Shown here: piece after piece, positions 46,042 through 56,355 of the stretch
Layout of the letters: each line of letters starts with the position of its first letter
Numbering within the stretch: position 1 is the first letter of the stretch
Assembly (NCBI GenBank): GCA_049512935.1
Contig: JBEKWR010000008.1
Location: forward strand, 28,329-92,328
Direction: 5' to 3'
From: Candidatus Bathyarchaeia archaeon
GTDB taxonomy: Archaea > Thermoproteota > Bathyarchaeia > Bathyarchaeales > Bathycorpusculaceae
DNA length: 64,000 bases
Notes under the pieces: model-generated
Database searches by the model: none
Seen by the model: only the letters and a program-made list of their open reading frames with translations
What the model was told of the DNA's origin: nothing
Made by a program: the position numbers and the translations under genes

Positions 46042-47109
46042 ATGGTTAAGATGGATTTCGGTGGCGTCATAGAAGACGTCATCACCCGAAAAGAGTTTAC
46101 AGTGGCGCAGGCCCAAAAAATCCTGAAAGACGAAGTCGTCGTCTCACTCGGCTACGGCATTCAAGGTCGAGCCCAATCACTTAACATGCGAGACAACGGA
46201 ATAAAAGTAATCATAGGACAAGAAAGCGTGGAACCGCACAAAGCGTACTACGACCTTGCGGTGCAAGACGGGTGGATTCCTGGAAAAAACCTGTTTTCAA
46301 TGGAAGATGCGGCGGAACAAGGAACAATTAAGATGTTCCTGCTCACCGACTCGGGACAGAAAGCTGCGTGGCCGACGATTAAGAAAACGCTCAAGAAAGG
46401 AGATGCACTCTACTTCAGCCACGGTTTCAGCATCGTTTACAAGGAGCAGACAGGCGTCATCCCGCCAAAAGACATAGACGTCATCCTGGTTGCGCCGAAA
46501 GGTTCAGGCACTAGTGTCCGAAGGAATTTCGTTGACGGAACGGGCATAAACTGCAGTTTTGCTGTCCATCAGGATGCTACGGGGAAAGCATGGGACCGTG
46601 TGAAGGCTCTTGGCATCGCTATCGGGTCTGGCTACTTGTTCCCGACAACGTTTGAGAAAGAAGTTTACAGTGACCTAACAGGCGAACGCGGCGTCTTAAT
46701 GGGCGCGTTGGCAGGCATCATGGAAGCGCAGTATAACACGCTTCGCGAGCGCGGTCACAGTCCAAGCGAAGCCTTCAACGAAACCGTCGAAGAACTAACC
46801 CAGAGCCTTATCCGCCTCGTCGACGAAAACGGTATGGATTGGATGTACTGCAACTGCAGCGAAACCGCACGCATCGGCGCATTACGCTGGAGACCACGGT
46901 TCCGTGAAGCCACTCAACCCGTCTTCGACTCGCTCTACGACCTCGTCGCCGCAGGAGAAGAAACACGCATCGTGCTGGAAAAAAGCAAGGCACCCGACTA
47001 CCGCCAAAAACTCGCTGACGAACTCAAAGCGATGGGAAATAGTGAGATGTGGCGTGCAGGGCAAACCGTCCGATCGCTGCGACCGGGAAAACAGAAGAAG
47101 CAAGAATAA
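46042..47109 (+). CDS. ilvC: Ketol-acid reductoisomerase
   Basis: GYGIQGRAQSLNMRDNG, FSHGF, VAPKGSG, EVYSDLTGERG and HSPSEAFNETVEE motifs. Confidence 0.95.
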   Translation: MVKMDFGGVIEDVITRKEFTVAQAQKILKDEVVVSLGYGIQGRAQSLNMRDNGIKVIIGQESVEPHKAYYDLAVQDGWIPGKNLFSMEDAAEQGTIKMFLLTDSGQKAAWPTIKKTLKKGDALYFSHGFSIVYKEQTGVIPPKDIDVILVAPKGSGTSVRRNFVDGTGINCSFAVHQDATGKAWDRVKALGIAIGSGYLFPTTFEKEVYSDLTGERGVLMGALAGIMEAQYNTLRERGHSPSEAFNETVEELTQSLIRLVDENGMDWMYCNCSETARIGALRWRPRFREATQPVFDSLYDLVAAGEETRIVLEKSKAPDYRQKLADELKAMGNSEMWRAGQTVRSLRPGKQKKQE

Positions 47110-47250
47110 GCTTCTCCCCATTTTAGTTTTTTTGTTTCTGATTTTTCATTAGAAGTTTAGGCAGTTGTCTGTTATCGAAAAAAAGATAAAAAGAGCCCGA
47201 AGTTTCTGGGCTAATTTTTTTGGATTAAGATTCCAAGATTAGGGTCTGTT

Positions 47251-47379
47251 TTAGATCCATGTTTTAGAACGGACGGTTTTGCATGTGCTGCAAACCGTGT
47301 AGATTTCTTGCTCGTTTTTTATGAGCAGTTCGGTTTCTGCCGTTGCCTTGCAATGTGGGCAGACATCATTATTCATCAT
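47251..47379 (-). CDS. Small zinc-ribbon microprotein (42 aa)
   Basis: MMNNDVCPHC..CSTC; GGAG upstream. Confidence 0.6.
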   Translation of the reverse strand: MMNNDVCPHCKATAETELLIKNEQEIYTVCSTCKTVRSKTWI

Positions 47380-47654
47380 ATGTTCATCTCCAGTTTTCTT
47401 TGTGGCAGGTCGTACTTGAACCAAAAATTCGGCGTGGCTTGCTGTGGACAGTAAGGACACAAAACCAGTTTTTGGGTATCTTGTTAACGCTGTCGATCAT
47501 AAGTTAACTCGCTTGGCTCCCTATATCTTTTACTCATTCTAACTACGCTTTCTTGATGTTAAGAAGCGTTTTCTCCAAAACATCTCTTGGGACAGGCAAG
47601 CATATTTTATATCTCTGAAAGCCACGCTTTGTTAAGCAACACGGGGCACAAAAT

Positions 47655-48998
47655 TTGGATTACCTCTCAGTCGCCGCAGTAGCTGTCTTCATAGTGACGC
47701 TGTTCTTGATGATTAAGCGCCCTTTCGGGTTGAGGCTGGGTTACGCGGCGGGAATCGGCGCGGTTGCTTCGCTCTTGCTTGGCACGGTCAGTTTGGGACA
47801 GGCGGCTCAGTCTTTCCTAAATATTTGGGATGCGGCGCTGGCGTTTCTTGGCATAGTGGCTTTGTCGGTTACGTTAGACGCGATGGGTTTTTTCAGGTGG
47901 GCTGCCCTACGAGTGGTGAAGATGGCGGGCGGCAGTGGGCTGCGGCTTTTCTTTTACATTGCCCTTTTGACCGCGGCTGTAAGCATTCTTTTTGCGAATG
48001 ACAGCGCGGTTTTGATTTTGACCCCGATTGTCTTGGAGGTTGTAACTTGCCTAGGCATCGACATGAAAGGCAAGCTTGCGTACCTGTTCAGCGCAGGCTT
48101 AATGGCGGATACAGCCGCTATGCCCCTGATTACCAGCAACCCCATCAACATTTTAAGCGCTGACTTTTTCAAGTACAGCTTCATCGACCACCTGATTTTC
48201 ATGGGACCCGTAGCAGTGGCAACCATCCTCAGCAGTTTATTGCTGTTTTACTTGTTTTTTAGAAAGCAGATTCCCAAAGTTTATGACGTGAAAGCCGCGG
48301 ACACGTTAACCAAAGGAAAACAGGTTATTTCGCCGCTTCTGCTGAGGATAAGCCTGGCCACCCTAGTGGCAGTCGACATAGGTTACGTACTGACATCTTT
48401 GAACAGATTTCCCGTCTCTATCGTCATTTGTAGCGGCGCGGCGTTTCTGGTGGCGGTTTACTGGTTCACGTTGAAGTGGAGCCGCTCGGTGAACGGCAAC
48501 AAGAAAGGACTCGTTGGCTTGGCAAGGGACATCAACTGGGACATCGTGCTGTTCATGTTCAGCATCTTCATCGTCGTCCAAGGGCTGGAAACCGCTGGGG
48601 TTACAAACTTGTTAGCATCTGCCCTCCTAGCAACAAGCAAACTGCCCTCGGCGCTGGGGATTTTCGCGCCAAGCATGGTTATAACCGTCGGAGCCAGCTT
48701 CATGAACAACTGGCCCATGACGATCCTCGGGTTGCTAAGCATCCAGCACATCGGCGCGTCCGGGTCAGCCTTGACGGGACTGATTTTCAGCAACATCATC
48801 GGGAACAATTTGGGTCCGCACTTTTTCCCGTTGGGGTCGCTTGCGATTGTGATGTGGCTGGAAATGATGCGGCGCAAAGGCATCAACATAAGCCTTAAAC
48901 AATACCTCAAAGTCGGCGCCGTACTGTCTATCGCGCAAGTGGCTATTGCATCGGCTGTGCTATGGGCAGAATTAAGCGTGGGCTTCCATTTTCTGTAG
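47655..48998 (+). CDS. ArsB/NhaD-family anion transporter
   Basis: FANDSAVLILTP, ADTAAMPLITSNP.N and NLGP...GSLA..MW motifs. Confidence 0.88.
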   Translation: MDYLSVAAVAVFIVTLFLMIKRPFGLRLGYAAGIGAVASLLLGTVSLGQAAQSFLNIWDAALAFLGIVALSVTLDAMGFFRWAALRVVKMAGGSGLRLFFYIALLTAAVSILFANDSAVLILTPIVLEVVTCLGIDMKGKLAYLFSAGLMADTAAMPLITSNPINILSADFFKYSFIDHLIFMGPVAVATILSSLLLFYLFFRKQIPKVYDVKAADTLTKGKQVISPLLLRISLATLVAVDIGYVLTSLNRFPVSIVICSGAAFLVAVYWFTLKWSRSVNGNKKGLVGLARDINWDIVLFMFSIFIVVQGLETAGVTNLLASALLATSKLPSALGIFAPSMVITVGASFMNNWPMTILGLLSIQHIGASGSALTGLIFSNIIGNNLGPHFFPLGSLAIVMWLEMMRRKGINISLKQYLKVGAVLSIAQVAIASAVLWAELSVGFHFL

Positions 48999-49025
48999 CC
49001 TGAAGATGGAACATTAGTCGCCCGA

Positions 49026-50060
49026 TTAAGAAGCATGAAGCTTACCGATTATTTCCCTATACGCCTTTAGTGCTTCCTCTTCGTTTGCAACATTTTTTAT
49101 AAGCATGCGCCCGCCATTGAACAGGCTTACCTCATACCCCTTGTAGTCGAACACAAGCGCCAATCGGGACTTCAAACGAACCTTAAACTGCTTGTCAACA
49201 ACTGGGTACACCTCAGCGAGGCTAAGCCGCAGCGGTTTTTCAGGGTTAATGTTAGCCGTGTTCCGCCCGCAAAGCCAAACAAGCCGTTCGCCACCAGCGA
49301 TTGAGCCTAAGTCGCCGTGGCAGACGGGACAGCGCGTGCTTTTTGAAATCTCAATTTCGGTGAAATCCATGTCGCTGAAATCGCAGACCAGCAGCTTGCC
49401 CTTCAAAGCCGAGCCGATTCCAGCCAAAATTTTGACGGTTTCCATTGCTTGCAAGGAACCGATTATTCCCAGCGTTGCCCCGATTACTCCACGCGTGGCA
49501 CAGGTTAGCAAGTCGTTGTCGGAGAGGTTCGGCATTAAACATTCCAGGCAGCCCGTTTCGGGAGGCGCAAAAACGGAAAGGTTCCCCTCCATGCCGATTG
49601 CCGCGCCGAAAACGTACGGGATCTTCAGTTTGACGCATGCACGGTTAACCAGATAACGGGTCACCATGTTGTCTAAGCCGTCGACCACGCAGTCCACGCC
49701 AGCCAAGAGGCACTCGACGTTGCCTGGGTTCACGTTTTCCGAGAAGGCTTCAGCCTTAACCATCGGGTTTAGTTGCTGCAGGCGCTTTGCGGCGACTTCA
49801 GCCTTCGGGTAATGCAAATCAGCCGGGTTGTACAGGATTTGGCGGTGAAGATTCTGCACCTCAACCGTGTCCTGGTCGATTAAACGGATGTAGCCGACGC
49901 CAGCCAACGCAAGATAAAGCGAGGAAACCGTGCCTAACCCGCCTACGCCGACGACTGCAATTTTGGATTTGCAGAGGCGCTCCTGTCCCTTCTCGCCTAA
50001 TTCTTTCATTACGACCTGGCGACTGTAGAATTCTTTAGCGAAGGCTTTCTGGTCTGCCAT
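49026..50060 (-). CDS. ThiF/MoeB/HesA E1-like adenylyltransferase
   Basis: YSRQ, GVGGLG, D.D.VE..NLHRQ, CLEC, TC and CPVC motifs. Confidence 0.92.
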   Translation of the reverse strand: MADQKAFAKEFYSRQVVMKELGEKGQERLCKSKIAVVGVGGLGTVSSLYLALAGVGYIRLIDQDTVEVQNLHRQILYNPADLHYPKAEVAAKRLQQLNPMVKAEAFSENVNPGNVECLLAGVDCVVDGLDNMVTRYLVNRACVKLKIPYVFGAAIGMEGNLSVFAPPETGCLECLMPNLSDNDLLTCATRGVIGATLGIIGSLQAMETVKILAGIGSALKGKLLVCDFSDMDFTEIEISKSTRCPVCHGDLGSIAGGERLVWLCGRNTANINPEKPLRLSLAEVYPVVDKQFKVRLKSRLALVFDYKGYEVSLFNGGRMLIKNVANEEEALKAYREIIGKLHAS

Positions 50061-50463
50061 GTTCTTAGACTTTCCCAAGTGAATTTTTGTGTCCAGAGGT
50101 GTATATTTGCTTTTTATTCTGCTGCTGGTTTTTTGGTGTTTTTGCTGCTTAACTTGAGAATAAAATGGGTGTTATTTGGAAAAACATTTATTTGTGATGC
50201 TACTATCAAAGCATGTTGTTACTACTTAATGTAGTAGCAAAGCAGAAGGAGAAAAAAACAAAACCAACAAACAAGAAAAACACCTAACACTTACCCACAC
50301 AGCCGCCGTCAGCAAACTCTCGAAAAAACCCAGACCCCAAATCCCTTCTCCTTGAGAAAATGGAAACTCCTCTCCCAACAGGAGCCCCATGCTGGCGGCG
50401 GCTGCATTTTCAGATGTTGCAAACCGCAAAACTAATAACCAAATTCGAATGCGTACAAGCTGA

Positions 50464-51072
50464 ATGGGAAAAGCCATAAAAACTGGGCGCTTAAGAGAAA
50501 AAACGCTTGCTGAGGTAAAACAGTCTAAGCAAACAACATTTGACAGCTTGCCCACTGTGCAAGAAAAGCTCACCCAAAAAGCAGAGGCACACAGCAATAA
50601 GCAGATAATTATAACTGAGATTGGCAACGAAACGAAAGAGGACGATTTAGACCTCAAAGTTGTGTTTCGATTGATTCCGTCAAGAGCAGCCTTTTCAAAG
50701 ATAACCGCAGAGCTGTATTTTGATGGACAAAAAATGCATTGTTGCGCCGTCCGCATTCCGCAGGGTCCTCTTTCAGCGGATGCTTACGAATTGCCAGTGC
50801 CTTTAGATATGATGGGGATAGGCGCTGGACCTCACTTCATCCGGGTGGAAATGTTCGAGCTGTGGAATTCTGAAGAAAAACTTACCCCCGCTTCAAAAGA
50901 AGTAACCATAGATTATGTCCCCGTACGCAGGCAAGATAGGTTCATTAAAATTCCAATCGTGAAAAACGCTGCAGCTGAAATCGATGTTGTTTCAGAGCCT
51001 GAGAGAGACGTTTACCGTGAAATTGAAAAAGACTCTAAAAAAGAACTCGTAGGCAGACGGGACGATTGGTAA
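50464..51072 (+). CDS. Hypothetical protein (Ig-like beta domain likely)
   Basis: 202-aa ORF; AELYFDG..G.HFIRVEMFE. Confidence 0.65.
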   Translation: MGKAIKTGRLREKTLAEVKQSKQTTFDSLPTVQEKLTQKAEAHSNKQIIITEIGNETKEDDLDLKVVFRLIPSRAAFSKITAELYFDGQKMHCCAVRIPQGPLSADAYELPVPLDMMGIGAGPHFIRVEMFELWNSEEKLTPASKEVTIDYVPVRRQDRFIKIPIVKNAAAEIDVVSEPERDVYREIEKDSKKELVGRRDDW

Positions 51073-51212
51073 ATCGTTTCGGTTACGCTATCCATCGTCG
51101 CATGGCAAAATATAATATCCACGTTGTCTGATGGGACTTAGAGTTCTTCGAGGAGAGACGCAAGATAAAGCCGCTAAACCAAAAAACTAAAGACCGCTTA
51201 GCAGTCATCGGA

Positions 51213-51407
51213 TTGTTAGCTTTAGAATCAGGATTCATTTACAATTTGGTAGTTAATTTTTACAATTACGTAATTAAAGGAGGGTGGTACTTTTTAGTGC
51301 TCGGCGTTCTCGCGTCTATCGGGACAGTGATCTTGCTTGTCTACCTAATTGTGTTTTTGGTAAGCTATTTGGATAAGAGAAAACTCTTAAGGAGTTTTCA
51401 AAAATGA
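51213..51407 (+). CDS. Small membrane protein
   Basis: Two hydrophobic segments and a basic tail; start uncertain. Confidence 0.4.
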   Translation: MLALESGFIYNLVVNFYNYVIKGGWYFLVLGVLASIGTVILLVYLIVFLVSYLDKRKLLRSFQK

Positions 51408-51563
51408 GCCAGAAAAGAATGTTTATCTTGTTTTATTGTTGATGGGAAAATAGCGGTGTGTAAGGGTTTGGCTGTGATTTGGGTTAGGGATTAAATTTTA
51501 AACTTCTTGTTCAACTGTTTATTTAAAAAAAATAATTCAGATGTAAAAAGAAAAGGGTGGTTC

Positions 51564-51941
51564 TTAGAAGCCTGAGGCTTCGAGTTTTTCTTTGACTTCT
51601 TTGATTTTCTTGGTTAATTCTTCGACCTTTTCTGTGTTGCCAAGTGCCTTGTAGCAGTCTCTTGCGTAGTCGAGTGCGCTGACGCCGTACCTGTCGAAGC
51701 CTTTGCTGAAGGAGATTTCAGCCGACTTCATGAAGAGTTCAGAGGCTTTCTCGTTGTCTTTAAGGGCAAAGACGCATTCGCCAGCCTTGTAGTACATTTC
51801 AGCTGATCCGAAATAATTCTGGTTTTTATAGTAAAGGTCGGCTACTTTGACGAAAAGGTCTCTTGCTTCGGCGTACTCGCCGTTTTCCATCAACGCATTA
51901 GCGGTCTTATGCAGTTTAATTGGGTCTTCTCTTACACTCAT
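51564..51941 (-). CDS. TPR / alpha-SNAP-like helical repeat protein
   Basis: Repeated A..Y.KA.ECY-type helices. Confidence 0.7.
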   Translation of the reverse strand: MSVREDPIKLHKTANALMENGEYAEARDLFVKVADLYYKNQNYFGSAEMYYKAGECVFALKDNEKASELFMKSAEISFSKGFDRYGVSALDYARDCYKALGNTEKVEELTKKIKEVKEKLEASGF

Positions 51942-52077
51942 GACTTATCACAGGCAATATTTGGCGGGAACTTCCATTTAGATTTTCCCCTCCTAAAATG
52001 CTTGGTTCAAAAGGCAGTTAGCTATAAGTCAATGATATAACATAAAAGGCTCGTCTCATAAGCAGATAGTAGAGGTT

Positions 52078-53472
52078 ATGTTGACGCTTCGTTGCATTAA
52101 CTGCGGCACAGAGTTCCCCGTTTACCCTTTGAAGAGCAACTGCGAAAAATGCGGGGGCACAGTTGAATTCGTACCCGACTTGCCTGAGGCTTCGAAATTG
52201 GATTTTTCTGAAAAGCAGGGGTTCTGGAGATACCGGCAGATGCTTCCTCCAGTTAATCACATTGTAAGTTTAGGAGAGGGCGGCACACCGCTGCATAAGG
52301 CTGAGAGGCTTGCCAAAGTCGTCGGGTTAAAAGACCTTTACTTGAAGGATGAAACCCGCAACCCCACCAACAGCTACAGAGACCGCGCCGCCGCTTTCGT
52401 AACGTCAAACGCGATTGATCAAGGTTTTGAGGCCTTAGTTTGCGCCAGTAACGGGAACATGGGCGCCTCTTCAGCTGCCTACGCCGCAAGAGCAGGCTTG
52501 ATTTGCCACGTCTTGGTTCCGAAAGTTGTTGATGTTGGAAAGCTGGCGCAGATGATTGCTTACGACGCGGTTATTGAGGAGTCAGGTGACATTGTGGATG
52601 ATTCGATTCGCAAAGCGGCTGAATTAGCCGTGGAAACAGGCTGGTACCAAGCCACCGCCGAGCTTAACCCATTGGTGGTTGAGGCTCAAAAAACCATCTC
52701 GTACGAGATTAACGAGCAGTTTGGGGTGCCTGACTGGGTGGTTGTTCCGATGGGAAGCGGCGGAACCATCTATTCGCTTTGGAAAGGCTTCAAAGAACTC
52801 AAGCAGCTCGGGCTTACCAAGATGTTGCCTCGAATGGTGGGGGTTCAAACTGAAGGCTGCGCTCCGATAGTAAGCAAGCTAAAAGAAGAGGTTTCTTCAA
52901 AGTCCTGCAACCCGTCAACAAGAGCGTTGGCCATCCTTGTAGGTGAACCGTTGCAAAGCGACTTAGCCATCAAAGCCATCACGGAGTCAAATGGTTTGGC
53001 GCTGACAGTTTCAGACACGGAAATCCTGGGCTCCGAGCTTCTTATCGCCAAGCTTGAAGGAGTCTTCGCTGAACCTGCCAGCTCAGCGGCTGTGGCGGCG
53101 GTGCAGAAATGGAAACGCGAAGAAATCCCCGCTGATAGCAGCGTCGTATGCCTGATTACGGGTAGCGGTTTGAAGGCGACTGACGTTTTGCAGGCGTTGA
53201 ATAAAAAGCAGAAGACGGCTGGCTTGGCTCTTGCGGTGAGCACAAAGCAGAAGATCCTGAAAATTCTCAGCGAAAAAGACACGTACGGGTACGATTTGTG
53301 GAAGCTGCTGGGGAGGATTATGACTCGCGCGGCGGTTTATCAGCATCTTAACGAGTTGGCTGACAGGGGGCTGGTTGTGAGTTACGAGAGGGATGGGAAG
53401 AAGTTTTTCCGTGTTACGGAGCGGGGCAGGAAAGTTTTGGCGGCTTTCGACGAGATCCAGTTGCTCATGTGA
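52078..53472 (+). CDS. thrC: Threonine synthase-family PLP enzyme fused to a C-terminal PadR-like wHTH
   Basis: N-terminal Zn ribbon, SLGEGGTPL, NPTNSYRDR, ASNGN, ITGSGLK, then KILKIL..YGYDLWK..VYQHLNEL..G. Confidence 0.85.
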   Translation: MLTLRCINCGTEFPVYPLKSNCEKCGGTVEFVPDLPEASKLDFSEKQGFWRYRQMLPPVNHIVSLGEGGTPLHKAERLAKVVGLKDLYLKDETRNPTNSYRDRAAAFVTSNAIDQGFEALVCASNGNMGASSAAYAARAGLICHVLVPKVVDVGKLAQMIAYDAVIEESGDIVDDSIRKAAELAVETGWYQATAELNPLVVEAQKTISYEINEQFGVPDWVVVPMGSGGTIYSLWKGFKELKQLGLTKMLPRMVGVQTEGCAPIVSKLKEEVSSKSCNPSTRALAILVGEPLQSDLAIKAITESNGLALTVSDTEILGSELLIAKLEGVFAEPASSAAVAAVQKWKREEIPADSSVVCLITGSGLKATDVLQALNKKQKTAGLALAVSTKQKILKILSEKDTYGYDLWKLLGRIMTRAAVYQHLNELADRGLVVSYERDGKKFFRVTERGRKVLAAFDEIQLLM

Positions 53473-53518
53473 TTATTTGCAATAAGCCTTTTATCAACAA
53501 CCCTACATACGAGTAAGT

Positions 53519-54514
53519 ATGGCTAGCTGGGGTAAAGCGTTAGCTATCATCCTTGCCATTGTAATCCTAACAACTTTAGTTATGACCACATCCGTCGCCG
53601 TAAAAGCCCAGCCTAAAACTATCATTGTTCCAGACGATTATCCAACTATTCAATCGGCTATAAATCATGCTGACGCGGGCGATACAGTGTTTGTTAGGGA
53701 TGGACTGTACAATGGGACTTTAATTATAGACAAGCAAATAACCCTTATTGGGCAAGATGAAAGCTCAACAATTTTGGATGCGCAGAAAGCTAAATCTCAG
53801 GTCATTCTGATAGAAGCTAATAACGTAACAGTAGCTAACTTTACTTTAGGAGACAGCGATTTTAATCCTGCTACAAATTCTGGATGGTATCAAGAAAATG
53901 GCGAAGGTGACGGAATATTAATAGCACCTGGAATAGCACCTGCGGGGCCACTTTATCCAAGCTACATAAACATAATCAACGACACAATTCTTAGCTGCCC
54001 AATTTACGACATAGATACTGGCCTGTCTGTATATGACGTAATTGCCGGAAACACAATCATAGTAAATGGCTTCTCCGCGTGGAGACCGTTTTTTAGTTAC
54101 GGAATTCGGGTCGGTTGCCTTTTTTCAGTTATTGAAAATAACACTTTGGATGCACCACAGGGCTACGGAATAGTTTTCGAGTACACTTGTGTGACTTTTG
54201 GTGATTCGACCCTCTACTTAAATGAAAGTGACACTATTCAGGGAAACCCATATGCTCTAACATCTAATGTGCCCAACCCATTTCCGTCAATAGCACCAAT
54301 TCCCACCGCATCTTCAACTCCTTTGGCTACTCCTTCCCGGTTGCCACAATCTCCAAGTCCGTCGCCCAGCGGCTCAGCTGCAATGGCAGAAGGAGAAGTA
54401 CAGAATATCATTATAATAGCGTTAGTTGGAGTCTTGACAATCTTAATCTTCACTTCGCTTGTTTACATAAGACGACTAAGGAGAAGACGCTCCAAATTGA
54501 AAACTTTGCCTTAA
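53519..54514 (+). CDS. Secreted NosD/pectin-lyase-like beta-helix protein with C-terminal TM
   Basis: IVPDDYPTIQSAIN.A..GDTVFVRDG.Y, PS linker, TM and basic tail. Confidence 0.78.
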   Translation: MASWGKALAIILAIVILTTLVMTTSVAVKAQPKTIIVPDDYPTIQSAINHADAGDTVFVRDGLYNGTLIIDKQITLIGQDESSTILDAQKAKSQVILIEANNVTVANFTLGDSDFNPATNSGWYQENGEGDGILIAPGIAPAGPLYPSYINIINDTILSCPIYDIDTGLSVYDVIAGNTIIVNGFSAWRPFFSYGIRVGCLFSVIENNTLDAPQGYGIVFEYTCVTFGDSTLYLNESDTIQGNPYALTSNVPNPFPSIAPIPTASSTPLATPSRLPQSPSPSPSGSAAMAEGEVQNIIIIALVGVLTILIFTSLVYIRRLRRRRSKLKTLP

Positions 54515-54666
54515 AAGGTCTATGTCACGAATTAAGAAAATCTTCCCAAAACAATCGTTGGGGCACTTGACCACAAAATTATCGATTGAACGGGTTGTGC
54601 CTGTAAAGATTTATTAGTATAGTTGTAACTTTACTAAAGTTGCAACTATTAGGGATCAAACGAGAC

Positions 54667-55227
54667 ATGACCATCAACAACAAAGGGAGAATAACCCTCA
54701 CCGTCGCGCAGGCAGGAATCATGGCGGCGCTGGTCGCAGTCGCAACATTTGCAGTGCAGGTTCCGATCCCAGCAACCAAAGGGTACCTAAACTTCGGCGA
54801 CATCATGATCTTTGCCAGCGCCCTAACTTTCGGTCCAATCATCGGCGGCTTCGCAGGCGGTGTTGGATCAGCATTATCAGACGTAGCCAGCGGATATGCC
54901 TCAACCTATGCTCCATTCACGCTTATCATAAAGGGCACAGAAGGAATCATCGCTGGATTAATAGCTAAAAGGGGAAGCAAGAAAAGAAACATTTTAGCGG
55001 TCGCCGTTGCAGGCGCAGAAATGGTGTCAGGATACTTCTTAGCGGAATTCTTCGGCCTTTCATTAGGCTGGGCAGCAGCAACCGAGGTTCCGTTTAACAT
55101 ATTGCAGATAGCTGTGGGCGGCGCAATCGGCGTCCCAATAGCCATGGTTATAATGAAAAGGCTCCCCGAAGCCTGGATAAAACTAGGCCCAAGCAAGCAG
55201 AAGAATTCGGGACAGCTTAAAAGCTAG
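54667..55227 (+). CDS. ECF transporter S component
   Basis: MAALVAVAT..IP...GYLNFGD, GSALSD and IKGTEG motifs. Confidence 0.87.
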   Translation: MTINNKGRITLTVAQAGIMAALVAVATFAVQVPIPATKGYLNFGDIMIFASALTFGPIIGGFAGGVGSALSDVASGYASTYAPFTLIIKGTEGIIAGLIAKRGSKKRNILAVAVAGAEMVSGYFLAEFFGLSLGWAAATEVPFNILQIAVGGAIGVPIAMVIMKRLPEAWIKLGPSKQKNSGQLKS

Positions 55228-55246
55228 ATTTCACAGAGGATAAGCC

Positions 55247-56254
55247 ATGAAACTTCCACCTGGAAAAATCCCCGTTGACATTTTAAAAGAAGTTGTTTTC
55301 AGAAATCTTGGGGCAGAACGTAGCGAGGTCATCTTGGGTCCAGCGGCGGGCATTGACGGCGCAGTTTTAGATGTCGGAAGCAAGGACGCCATCGTCTCGA
55401 TGGATCCGATAACTGGCGCGGTTGAACGCATCGGCTGGGAAGCGATAAACGTTAACGCTAACGACGTGGCGACTTTCGGGGTGGAGCCAGCCTTTTTCTT
55501 TTCTTGCATAATGCTGCCTGAGAACGCTGACAGCAAAATCGTGGAGACAATCAGCAGGCAGATGGACGCCGCTGCAAAGGAGCTTGGCATCGCCATCGTT
55601 GGCGGGCACTGCGAGTCGACACCGGGACTTGCAAACCCAATCGTTGTTGGCTGCGTTATGGGTTTAACGGAAAAGGGCAAATACGTCACTGCGGCGGGGG
55701 CGAGAAGCGGCGACAAGCTGATTTTGACAAAGAGCGCTGGCATCGAAGGCACAGCCATATTGGCTTCTGACCGCGAAGAGCAACTCAAAAAAGTCTTCAG
55801 CCCGGCACTCTTGGACTGCGCCAAAGGCTTTTACAGCCAGATCAGCGTGGTGAAAGACGCCTTAACCGCCTACAGGACGGGCGGAGTGCACGCGATGCAT
55901 GACCCAACCGAAGGCGGCGTGCTAGGCGGCATTCACGAAATGGCGGACGCGGCGGGCTTGGGCGTTAGGGTTTTTGAGGAGAAAATCTCGGTGGAACCTG
56001 AGACGGCTAAAATCTGCCGTTTCTACGAGATTGACCCGCTGCAGCTTATCGGTTCGGGCGCGTTGCTTATCGCCGCCGAGCCACAGGGCGCAGACAAAAT
56101 AGTTGAAGCCTTATGCAGGGAGCACGTTTACGCTGACATCATCGGCGAGTTCAACCCGAACCCCAACAAGCGCATACTTATGCGTAAGGACGGCATAGGG
56201 GACATGCTGCCCAGACCCGTCTCAGACCACGTCTGGCTTGCTTTGACACGCTAA
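55247..56254 (+). CDS. AIR synthase-related protein (HypE/ThiL-like)
   Basis: DPITG, NANDVA, GGHCE and MHDPTEGG motifs. Confidence 0.88.
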   Translation: MKLPPGKIPVDILKEVVFRNLGAERSEVILGPAAGIDGAVLDVGSKDAIVSMDPITGAVERIGWEAINVNANDVATFGVEPAFFFSCIMLPENADSKIVETISRQMDAAAKELGIAIVGGHCESTPGLANPIVVGCVMGLTEKGKYVTAAGARSGDKLILTKSAGIEGTAILASDREEQLKKVFSPALLDCAKGFYSQISVVKDALTAYRTGGVHAMHDPTEGGVLGGIHEMADAAGLGVRVFEEKISVEPETAKICRFYEIDPLQLIGSGALLIAAEPQGADKIVEALCREHVYADIIGEFNPNPNKRILMRKDGIGDMLPRPVSDHVWLALTR

Positions 56255-56355
56255 AAAAACGCCCTGCCGAATCCCCAAAAAACAAGTATGTTTGTTTCAA
56301 AGGTTTTTCTATCCATGCCTCTAATGGAGGCACCCTACCGCTTTGAAGGGCAACT

